DNA of 63,637 nucleotides, the filler included. It is 16 parts of 16 records of this genome, joined end to end, with 100 filler letters (N's around TTAATTAATTAA, not from the genome) between each part and the next. Parts side by side here need not be neighbours in the genome. Positions count along the whole stretch, not along the records: positions 46,005 to 48,570 come from SRR9670534_470; positions 48,671 to 52,488 come from SRR9670534_472; positions 52,589 to 56,996 come from SRR9670534_473; positions 57,097 to 61,132 come from SRR9670534_474; 12 more parts are not named here. The stretch is one strand, 5' to 3'. Below the pieces are notes generated by a model. That model was not told the origin of the DNA. It saw only the letters and a list, made by a program, of their open reading frames with translations, and searched no databases. Position numbers and translations under genes: made by a program. Shown here piece by piece: positions 46,595 to 58,189 of this stretch (the first letter of the stretch is position 1; every line of letters starts with the position of its first letter).

Positions 46595-48983
46595 ATAGAA
46601 GTATGCTGTTAAACACAATGAGAACTAAAGTTTCAATAAGATTTTATTACTTATTTATAAGATTTTACCTACTTATAAGATATATATTTGTATGACTCTA
46701 CTTATTGATTTATAAGATTTTACATAAATTGAAAGTTAAAAATAGTTCAGAATTCATTAAATTAATAAAGTTCATAAATTATTAAATTTAAAGTGCTTGA
46801 ATGCAGCCTGCCAACTTGGTGAACATTTGAATTGACATGTTTCAAAATAAGTAGCAAATAAGCATTTATTTGATGTTATCATAATGATAATGAAACAAAA
46901 AAATCAAGTACTGGCAGACTCTGTCGGACTGCATTGCCATATAGACAGTGGCAGTACTGCATTGCCATATAGCCAGTACTATAAAACTCAAGCATTGCAG
47001 TATAGCTAGAACTATAATGTTAGTGGAATAGAGTACACTATAGTCCAGTCTACACTCCCCATTGGTAATGGATCCAAGATTCATAATCCTAGACTGCAGA
47101 ATACAAATACTATATTTTTCAGAACTAATAACATTCACCCAGCAAGATCAATAATATTTCATGAAGATAGCCCAATATCATATTGACAATATGATTTACT
47201 TAATGCCTCCCAATACTTATTAATAATAAGTTCCTCAGAGCAATATACCTAAAAGTGGGTGCTCACGTCAATAATAGCACTGAGCACAAAATTTTCATGA
47301 TTTAATTTCATTTTATTGTTACTTCACTATTTCAGCAAACAAATGACTTCATGGAATGGTCTCTGCTGAAGACAAGACAACACTAATAATATACTCAAAA
47401 TCAATAATTACACAAGAAAAATCAACCCTGAGAAGAACAAAAGGTTTAAAATCAAAAGATTATTTTAACTACAAAACTTAGAAAAAACTACATCAATAGC
47501 AACAGCATAATCATTTTACTCTTAGTTTTATAAAAAATTGCTACATACCCATTCTATTTGCATCCCACATACACATTGCCTTCTGCTATGTTAGTTGTTA
47601 ATTATTATTGTTCACTGCAGAAATGTGATACTCCATAAATAGTATGATATGTTCATCTATCTTCATTTTTCCAAAACATAAACAAACAATTGTTTAATAA
47701 GGGAGGCTATATTTTGTTCAATATAATATGTTGTCACTTATTATATTGTTCGCATTTATTATTTATCCATATTTTATTATGATGTATTTAATTTACTATA
47801 TAATAGCAGAAATAAAACAATAGCAATAACAAATGATTCTGATATAGTCATTGTAACATATTTGGTTATTATTAATAATAAATTCCAATGGAATAATTTG
47901 CCCATAATATGGGCGTTTTTAAAGTTTAATTTTGCAACATATCAGAGTAGCAAACATTTCTGTTAAAATTAATTAAATTCTGCAATATACATCTACATTA
48001 TTCATGTCATAGCAAATTCAGGTAGATCTATTATCAAAAAAAATAGTAAAATCTATAAAAACCATTAAGACTAAGAAATGAGAATTATTATTATTAATAA
48101 TTTATTAACAAAAGTCTAGATTTAAATAATTAATAATGATTATTATTAACAATTGAGGGTTAAACTATATTATAATGATATAATACTATTAACAAAGTTA
48201 TCGCAAAATTGCAAATATGAAATATGAAGATAAGGCAATTATTGATATTATTAATATACCTAAAATGTGAAAATAACACAGGTAACTATTTATTATTCTT
48301 AAGATTGCTGATTTTTTATTAAATTCCCAATAACTATTATTAATCACTAATAGGTTTATAAAGTTAAATATGACATGATATCATTGATATCATAGTTATT
48401 ATAACAAATATAGAGCAAATTGTCAATTACTGTTACGATAGTCATTAATTTTTAATTATTAGGGTTTACCTTATTAATTAGGTTATTAATTTTTAATACT
48501 ATTAAATAATCCATTTTTAATATGAATAAAATCATCGTAAGCATTTCTTCAAATACTTTTGGTATACTAANNNNNNNNNNNNNNNNNNNNNNNNNNNNNN
48601 NNNNNNNNNNNNNNTTAATTAATTAANNNNNNNNNNNNNNNNNNNNNNNNNNNNNNNNNNNNNNNNNNNNTATCTAGCCACAATGGCTATTTTAATTAAA
48701 CCGCCATTTATTTAAATATTAGTGTTCATAAAATTAATTAATAACTAAAATAAATGTTCATAAAGTATTGCTATTACCTATACAATATTTTATGGTAATA
48801 TTTTAATTGTTAATAACATTTTAACATTTTTAAAATCTGCACTTTTAATAACGAATATATATCAATGTTGAAATGTTTTATTTATTGAATAATACATACA
48901 ATTCTATGATAACATTCACATAAAGCATGACAAAAGTAAGCATTGATAATAAATATATATATGAATAAATAGCACCAACACCA

Positions 48984-51835
48984 TCAAAAGGAATGTTTAG
49001 AAGAAATCTTCTTGATCTCCACCATCAAATGGTCAATGTTCAATAGTTCATCCTTACCAGGCAACTGCTGAAAATGGTTTCGTATTGTTGTACTAAATGT
49101 ATGGTAATATGTAAGAAGTTGATGTATAGCGGCTTGATAAATAAATCCACCAGTTTTAAAGTTTGTAAACAAGCCAATAATATCGTTATAAATATGGTCT
49201 AGGCTTGACCGCCATTTATTGTTAAAATCTCTAATTAAGTTCGGGAATAACCCATCATATTCTCTTAACTTGGCAACTTCTTCTCTCTTAATAATATTTT
49301 CAGTTTGCCGAACAAAGCTTAACAAACTTCCAAAATATTTGGAAAGTAGAAGTTCCACGTATTCTTCAATAAGTTTATCCATTTCTTTTCTGTTTATATC
49401 AAACTGTGGCAATGAGGTTGTTACATCTTTAACTTTTTCATTGATAACACTTAGAATTATATCAAGGTTATTTAACAGAAACACGATTTGATTCTTTCTA
49501 TCAACAAACGCATTCGATATTCTTTGAAGGAACATTTCAATAGCCACCTTCAATTCAGACAGAAGTTCATTTTCAATTCTGGAACAGATGGCAGCAATAA
49601 CCCCGTCATCACCTGGAAATTCCGAGAGTGTCATAAGGTTAATTCGAATAATGGCTCCGTAATACTCAGAAAACCTTCGAACAACATAATGAGGGCGCAC
49701 ATCCAACTGGTTGTAGCGTTCTGGATCGGCAGCGTCCTTGATGCTTTGAATGTTAAGTTTCAAAAGATAGGTTAAACGTGGAACTAAGATGTTCAACAAG
49801 TTTGCACAGTAATGGTCCATGATAGGAACGTTACGCTTTCTTAACATTTCTCTGTATCTCAACATTATGTGAACGCAAATGAAGATTAATAAGGAATCGT
49901 AGCAGTCCCCCGAATAATTTTCTACATGAGCATGGTATATACCTAGACACTTTCCAAGTACAGACATGAATAAGTCATACGCCGTTTGACCTGAAACAAT
50001 GAAAAAATCACAAAGGAACAGATATTCTCTTGAGCAATTATCTACCAACAAGTATTGAAAGCTACGGAACAGAGCTTCATAAGAAAGAGAATTGGCAGTA
50101 AATTGGTGTGGTACAATGATGGGACTTTCAAGATCGGCAGATAGTAATAGTTCTTTTTTGCCCAAAGTAAATAATGTTGTACGATTTTTGATAAGTGGTT
50201 TTGAAGAAAACAAGCTCTTCTTAACTGTATCTTCAGCGCCAAGGAGATCATCTTTATCAGGCTTTTCATCTTGAAGTAGTCTTAGCAGTTTCGAAAGGTA
50301 GCTTTTGAAATAACTAAAATAGACTTTGCTCATAGTATTAACGTATTCCTCCTTCACCTCCCTGGCAATTCTTCGGTCGTTTGCCAACAAAAATTCCATG
50401 AAAAATCTGTATTTTAGTAGTGCTGCTTGAGGAATTTGAAAATTTGCCATTGGCTTTCGAAACTGTTGTATTTTTAGCAACAAAAATTCACGTATCTTCG
50501 AAATGGCTTTTATTTTAAGCTTTTCTAACTCATCTTTCACATCAAAAACAGAAACGGACTCTTTAAAAGACTGTTCTTTTAAAAAGTTGATTTTATAATT
50601 CAATTCATGTAATTGCTCAACAAAATCGTATTCTGAAACAGGTGTCTCCAATATGTGGTGAATCATTGAATCAGAGATGACTAACTGATCCTAATGAATA
50701 GACGTAAAAATTACGTAATGCCTTCAGATACAGGCAGTAAGGTTCTGAATTGAATACAGTAGACACGATACTATTATCCTATTACAAAGTTATATGTCTT
50801 ATAAAGTATAGACTCCATAATATGTACATAGTAGAATATTGTGATGGAAGAACCTACCGTATTGATGTTCTGACTCAGAACTTCTGAGCTACTGTACATC
50901 CAGTAGTACATTGTACAATGATTGTAGTATTGATACATATCTACATTGCAGTGCTACTGCTCATTGAAGTACAATGTATTGCATAGTCTGTACGGTGCTA
51001 CCGTAATTTAATGCATAGTATGTACCACATAATACGTAGAGTTACCGTATGCAGCATACGGTATGCTACAATTATGTACATAGGTAGGTGTACCTATGTA
51101 CATAATTGTATCATACACCTACATGTGTACATAATTGTATCATACAGTAACTCTACGTACATGTACGCAAATGTACGTACTGTACGTAAGTATTTAGTAT
51201 TACATAATTGTAGCATACGTTAACCGATGGTTAGGTACTAACCCTCGGTAAATCATTACTGTTACAGCACACATCACTGCAGCTTGCCAGGCACAAGGAT
51301 ATTACGAAGGAATCCTTGGCAAGGATGTTGGAATAATATCCTTGGCCAGGTTACCTATGGTATAATATCCTGGCCCAGGTACCTATGTTTGTACCTATTT
51401 ACGTAATATTCTAAATAGAGAGCATACCACAAACCGGGCAAGTTCATTTTGAATAGACTGTCTGTTTTTCAGTTTCACATTCATAGCATATGAATGCTGC
51501 TGGAGGTTTTGGATTTCAGAACTTATGTTATTTAGATTTGACTGAAAACCACGAAGAATTCCTTCTATTTTCTCCAAAACAGAATCACAACCCTGAATTT
51601 CTCTGTAAAGTTTTGCAACGTTTTCGGATTCTTTAACATAATCTGCAATAGTGCTATCTTCTAGAGAACTCAAATTTTCTTTTACATTCTTAGCATGACT
51701 TCTTAAGTCGGAATCTTGTTCCAAAATTGCCTTTACTGTTTCGTCGTCTACGTCTTCTGCATTTTCGAATTCAAGACTAGGCGAGGTTAAATCCAGCTGG
51801 CCCAAATCGAGTGACAAATCATCTGCATATGCCAT
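48984..51835 (-). CDS. VPS52: GARP/EARP subunit VPS52 (exons 51428-51835 and 48984-50690)
   Basis: DLR......E..L..LE..TI.DY.KES, FQSNL.NISSEIQ.LQ, LEKLKIKA..KIREFLL, QIPQ..LLKY, EYVNTMSKVY.SYFKSY, RPHYVVRR.SE, FLLNN.D.IL, LMVEIKK; spliced in frame. Confidence 0.95.
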
Positions 51836-52595
51836 TGTTGGTATGTATTAACTAATAATAATAATAATAAAAACTAGAAAAACATACATACATAGGTAAA
51901 TAAATTATTAATAATAATAGTTATTAATAATGATAAGAAGTCATTGTTCTTATTACATATTAGGTATGTATCTAGAAACTTTTGAAACATAACAGTACGC
52001 ATAGGTATGCATTGCAAACTATGAGCAATTCCCACTAGATTTATTATGTACCTACGTACGGTATGTACATATGTATGGTACAAATTACCTATACCATATA
52101 CATACATAGGTATGGTATAAATTACCTGTACCTAATACATACAATATATTATTATAATAATGTATTAGTAGTAATACATATCTTATAAGATATCTATAGA
52201 TATCTATGACACTTTTGAAATTTAAATCTTAAAAAATGTATATATACTTCTTATTATACTAAAAAAAATTAAAAAACTACATTGATATTAAAATTTAATT
52301 ATTAAATATTAAATTTAATTAAACTAAAAAACTAAACAAATTGAATTAGAAATATAAAGTTAACTAATACTACATACTTCATTTATAATTTCAGGTATAT
52401 CTTATGCAATATTTTAGTAAAATTTACTAAAATTTTTTTTATTTACTTAACTTACAATTTTTTTATTTTATTTTAAAATTTATATACTNNNNNNNNNNNN
52501 NNNNNNNNNNNNNNNNNNNNNNNNNNNNNNNNTTAATTAATTAANNNNNNNNNNNNNNNNNNNNNNNNNNNNNNNNNNNNNNNNNNNNTCAAAGA

Positions 52596-52737
52596 GCAGG
52601 AATCCTGCCAGTTTCCTCGCAGGATTTTCCCAGGATTCCATCCAGAATGAACCGGGATGGATTCCTGGCAGGTTTTTGGCAGGAACATTCCCTCCATGAT
52701 CCTTGGCAGGATCCTGTCCGGATCCAGTAAGGATCGC
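52596..52737. repeat. GC-rich repeat of (CC)TGGCAGGAT-type units; related copy at ~51284-51382
   Basis: Recurrent caggatt/atcctg/cctggcagg words in both orientations; similar atccttggc(a/c)agg units in the VPS52 intron. Confidence 0.6.
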
Positions 52738-53025
52738 ATATGAGGGAGGGTTTATTTTGCACACTATTATCATAATAATTAATAATTAGCACCATAGTAT
52801 TTCATTATTAATAATAATGATAATGCAGTAAAACTAAACATATAGTAATTTCATTACCATTATTGTAATATTATTTCATTAGTATAATTGTAGTATTATT
52901 ATACTATTGTAACAGTATTATTATGATATATGTAATAGTATAATAATAAGATAATATTATATTAACATATTATATTATTAAATATGAAATATTATATTAA
53001 TAAATATTAGCAAAAAATATTCTAG

Positions 53026-54090
53026 GTTGAAACAATAAATGATACTTTTATGATTGTAAGTGGTGTACCAAGCAGAAATGGCAGTAAGCATGCGGAGGAA
53101 GTAGCAGATGTCTCTTTGGAGATGAGAAAAGCAGCCAAAAATTTTGAAATTCCTCACATGCATAATAAAAAGTTGAAAATGAGAATTGGAATTCATACCG
53201 GTTAAGTGTATTTATTAACTTATGTTTTTATTAATAATAAAGTGCTATATTTATTCATTTTGATTTAGGATCTGTTGTTGCAGGAGTTGTTGGCAAGAAG
53301 ATGCCCAGATATTGTCTTTTCGGTTTGTTGTTAGCACCACATAATTAGTAGTACCACCATTTATAAAACTGTTGACATTTTTTAGGAGACACAGTTAACA
53401 CTGCATCCAGAATGGAATCAACTTGCGAAGGTTAACATTCTAATAAGCATTACTTATTATGTATTACCCGAGTATCAGAGCATAAATGTATACATAATGT
53501 ACTACAATGCCATTTAATAATTATTAATATTTAATAATAATTGCTAATTAATTTTGTTTAATATAATATATTACATAGTATACTATTGTACTTTGCTAAT
53601 TATTAATTTGACTGTTACTACTGTGACAATTAATAATTGTAATATTGCAATTGTAATATTATTATTAATAATAAGCTGTTGACAAAATTGTTCTTAGCAA
53701 TGAGGATTCATATATCAGACACAACTTACTCATATCTGTTAAAAACTGAGAAATATGATCTGGAAGAAAGAGGTGAAATCGAAGTTAAGGTAAACCACTT
53801 GGCTTTATTAAATATTCTACTGAGCTATGGTTACTGTATTTGCCAATTGGCTTTAAAGCAGCCTTGATAGTACACTTACTTATTATACACTATTAATTAT
53901 TATTAATATTAATTAACTACTATATCAACTACACGTGCAGTCTTCCAGGGTAGACGCTGACAGCGTCATGCTGTATTAACACTGTAAGATATAGTCACCT
54001 TTTATTGCTATAATATAGTATTAACAAATTAAGGGGAAAGGATCAATGATTACATTTTGGCTCCTCGATTACACAAGGAAAAAAAGTTAG
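53026..54090 (+). CDS. Guanylyl cyclase catalytic domain, 3' exons (~53026-53200, 53269-53322, 53386-53430, 53698-53789, 54034-54090)
   Basis: [78 protein letters not shown]; GTP-specifying E and C residues present. Confidence 0.93.
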
Positions 54091-54181
54091 ACTACAAACA
54101 TTCACAATGAGGCACAAGACAAGAGTACTATTACAAAAAAAACACTTATTACTATTTATCATTCCAATTATATAATTGTTA

Positions 54182-54514
54182 TTATCCCCAAAACATGACA
54201 TTTCTTCTTCCGTCTCTTTTATTAATGTAATCACTTGATTGTTCTTTTTCTCGTGAATATTTGGTTTCAAGAAATTTCAGGAACTCTTTAAACATTTCTT
54301 CTATCCCTTTTATTGTTTCCTCAGGCTGATCCAATTCCATTGGATCTCTCTTTCCCCACATCATCAGGTTTTTTGGTTTCTTCTCTAATTCCAGAAAACC
54401 ATCTGATCCATCTGATCCAAGTTTGGCAGCGTGTCCATATGGTATTATTAATAACAATACAGATATGCAACAACTCATGAATAATACAACTAAAGAAATT
54501 CTTGATATTGCCAT
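54182..54514 (-). CDS. Neuropeptide precursor encoding two W-amide peptides
   Basis: Hydrophobic signal peptide, KK-PKNLMMW-GKR, acidic spacer, KR-DGRRNVMFW-G-stop; single exon; TATATAA ~95 nt upstream. Confidence 0.85.
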   Translation of the reverse strand: MAISRISLVVLFMSCCISVLLLIIPYGHAAKLGSDGSDGFLELEKKPKNLMMWGKRDPMELDQPEETIKGIEEMFKEFLKFLETKYSREKEQSSDYINKRDGRRNVMFWG

Positions 54515-54775
54515 ATCCACTTTTCTATTTTTTAATTCTTCTGAAATTTATATCGTCTACAGCGTAACACCAAAAGTATTTTTGTTTGTCGATGAAAGAT
54601 TGTTGTTATATATAAATGAAATAAATCAATATCAAAACAATGTCAATCATTATTATTTATATCAATATCTGTATGTACCTAGTAATAACTATAACAACTT
54701 TGACGCTGAACGCCTACAAAAGCACTAAAAATAAAATATGGGTGGGTGTCTAAAGTTTAACGATATTTATAGCAA

Positions 54776-56825
54776 CTAATCCTCTTCACCATCTGATTCT
54801 TCTTCAATGATGGCTTTGGGGATAGAAAGGTGCCTTTCTTTCTCTTTCTCTTCTCTTTGGGTCCAAAACGTGTGAAATATTGAACTTCGATCTCTTAAAA
54901 GTATTGCTGGTTTCCCAGATTCAACTACCTATAAAAGTGCGTAATTAAGAACACTTATTAAGGGACAACTAACTAATCCACCTACCATTCCATTATCGAT
55001 CACAATTACTTTGTTGCAGGAGAGGATTGTACTCAATTTATGAGCAATAATGATTACCGTATAGTCTTTGAATGTTTTATATAAAATGTCTTGTATTATA
55101 CCATCTGCACTTGTTGCGTCTAAAGACGCTGTTGATTCATCTAGAATGAGTAATTTTCCGCAATTTTGTTGCGTCGCTTTTAAAAGTATTCTTGCTAGTG
55201 ACAGGAGCTGCAGTTCACCACTTGAGAAATTACCACCATTTTCTTCAATAGCGCCATCTAGCAGACTTGATGGAAACTTGCTTTGAATCTAAGATTATTT
55301 TTTGCCATGAAATGTATAGGCCTATATAATTTAAATACTAACATTTTTCTTCAGCTTTACTAGATCTAAGACCTTCCATATTTCAGCATCTGTAAATTGA
55401 TTGTAAGGATCAAGGTTGAAGCTAGGATGTTAATAAAAATATGCTTTATTGAATTATGATTATTTATATTATGTATTTATTAGTATTTCCTACCGTACGC
55501 TTTCTGTAAATGTAACTAACTCTTGAGGTATAATTAAGAAAGATGATCGTATTTCATTCATATGAAGTTCTGATATATCTACCGTGTCAACGTGTATTGA
55601 ACCCATGTAGGGATCAACTAGTCGACATAATGCTGACACCAAAGTTGATTTTCCTATTTCAAGATCACAAATTTTTAATGAGTTTTTATATGCTGTTATG
55701 AATTACCACTGCCAGTTCGTCCAACGATGCCAAATTTGTCTCTTGGCTTTATATTAAAAGATATATTATGCAAAATTGATGGTTCATTTTCTTTATATTT
55801 AAGGGAGACTTTGTCAAATTTTATGTTTCCATTAGAAGGCCATTCATTTGACGGCTTGTTTCTGGTTACCAAATCGTAAGCACCTTCTTCTTCAATGTTC
55901 TACAAATTGCAAGTCAATACTTGCTATATGACCACAACATTATTAGCTGAATATAAATAAAAGACATAATAGCTACACTAATAAAGTAGTACTTGAATGT
56001 AGTCATTCAGCCTTCCAACAGAAAGCAGTCTTGCCTCTACCTCTGTAACAAATCGAACCGTTAATTGGAGCAGACCTGTGATCTAAATACAACAATTTAT
56101 TCATAGCTTTGACATAATTTTATGAGAAAATTAAGCAATTACCACATTAATTAGCTATGTATCTTTACAGTCTTATTTAGATAGATAAATTGTGCATATA
56201 TTTTCACAAAATGTTTTGAAAAAAAGATGTCGCTTATATTAATTTATTTTCAAATTTTCTCACTATCATGTTGTAAGGTATAAAATTGAAACCTGGATTG
56301 CATATGCTAAAGCCAAGCCAGCAAATTCAGCGTGCAAATTGTCTCTTAGTAGAACTGCTAAAAGTGCTGCAGTCGTAGTGATGACAATTGTTAACAAATC
56401 TAATCTAATGGCCAGCCATTTGGTAGCACAATTAAATAGCAAAAGGGGCACTGTGTTGTTATCCAATAATGTTTGAAACCTATTTTAATAAGCAAAAGAA
56501 GTATTTTCATAATAATAGCATTTATATTTTAATCCTTACTTTTCATAAAAATAATCCACTTTATTGTATGCTTGAATGACAGGAAGACCTTGAACAATGC
56601 AGCTAATAAAGCTGAATATTGGCCCTCTCGTAGTATTGTCAAAAAATTTGAGTTGTTTAATGCCAGCACGAAACATAATGTTTAAAAAAACAAATAAAAT
56701 AACAATTGGAACAGCAGCAATTAGAAACCATGGAAAGACAAAAGTAATTGTTATGAAACAACCAGCAACCGTCAATACATTTTCGCACACGTTATGCAGT
56801 AGGAGAGGTAGCCAAACGTCAACTA
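54776..56825 (-). CDS. ABCC/MRP transporter (ABCC5/11/12-like), TMD2-NBD2 half
   Basis: DVWLP, FPWFLIA, DNTTRGPIFS, WLAIRLD, GLALAYAIQ, WPSNGNIKF, GIVGRTGSGKST, IIPQE, NLDP, GGNFSSGELQL, ILDESTAS, IIAHKL. Confidence 0.92.
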
Positions 56826-57339
56826 AATTAATAAGCAATAGCAATTATTATTAATAAGACTTTGAACGATGACTATTTTTGGAGACGAAACGCTAAGTTA
56901 CACAAATTTGAAAAATATCAACCTATGACTAAACTGGGATTAGATCCACATCTTACACTATGTCAGAAAGTAAAATTGAACATTGCTAGAATGAGTNNNN
57001 NNNNNNNNNNNNNNNNNNNNNNNNNNNNNNNNNNNNNNNNTTAATTAATTAANNNNNNNNNNNNNNNNNNNNNNNNNNNNNNNNNNNNNNNNNNNNAGCG
57101 ATATTAGGATATAATAAATTACTCTTTTCTACATAAACAATTTTATTGTCTCATCCTAATATACTTTTTTGATTTTCAATTTTTTAGATCTAATCTGTAT
57201 TTGTTTTCAGAATGTAGTAATTCTGCATATATACAATACCTAAGTAAAATAATAATCTCAATTTAATAAAACAGGCTAAAGCTTTTTATTTTTCATTTCA
57301 TAAATAAAAACAGACATTTTTACAAAACAAAAGTACACC

Positions 57340-58189
57340 TTAACAAGATTTATCTTCAAAAAAATCAGCTGGGTAAGCCATTTTATTTCCATACTAAAAA
57401 CAATTGAATTAAGTACATTAATGTACATATGAATTCATACAACGTGACGTTGTCAACCTACATTATTTACATGGGCAGAAAATAAATGTAAATGGAAACC
57501 TTAATAGCGAATCCTCGTAGATCCCTTTTCATTTCATTCGCATTTTCGCCATCAGCATAATATTTTGGCTCCACTTCACTAATTCTATAATAACGTTAAC
57601 AATTTTAATTTTATTGTAATGCATTTGAATGTTATTCTTGTGTCAGTTCGAAATGTTCGTTAGGAATTCGATTATCGAATTTTGAAAAATAATGAATTTC
57701 AATATTAAAGTTAAATAATTTAACTGTTAAATTTTAATATATTCATATAATTTACGATTAAATTTTTGCAGATAAAGTTACTTAAATAAAAGTTAATACT
57801 AACTGGAATCCCAATCCTTTATAAAGGTTCAAAGCAGCTCTATTTGAAACTCTAACATGCAATGAAACATACTGGGCACCATAAGTTTCAACCATGGCTC
57901 TAGCAGATTGGTCAATTAATTTCCTAGCCAAGCCCATCCTTCTGTAAGATCTCTTCACAGCTAAAGATGTCACATGACCATGTTGAATTTGATCTTCAGG
58001 ATCTTCTTCCATTTTTGCCAAGATATATCCCACAATATTTCCTTTAGTATCTTCAGCAACGTATGATAATTGCGGCCATGAAAGTGCGTGATACAAGTAG
58101 TACTTCATTTGATAATTCTCAGGCAAGCATAACAAATTGCAATGCTGCATGTTCAAGAGATCATTGGGCGTTGCGCATCTGACATTCAT
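57340..58189 (-). CDS. NAA10: N-alpha-acetyltransferase 10 (NatA catalytic subunit), three exons
   Basis: [86 protein letters not shown]; last exon [17 protein letters not shown] is inferred. Confidence 0.95.

Noticed and set aside
54182-54514. Neuropeptide gene nested inside a guanylyl cyclase intron
   Set aside because: The final cyclase exon ([10 protein letters not shown]...stop) lies at 54034-54090, before the peptide gene; the two are convergent, not nested.
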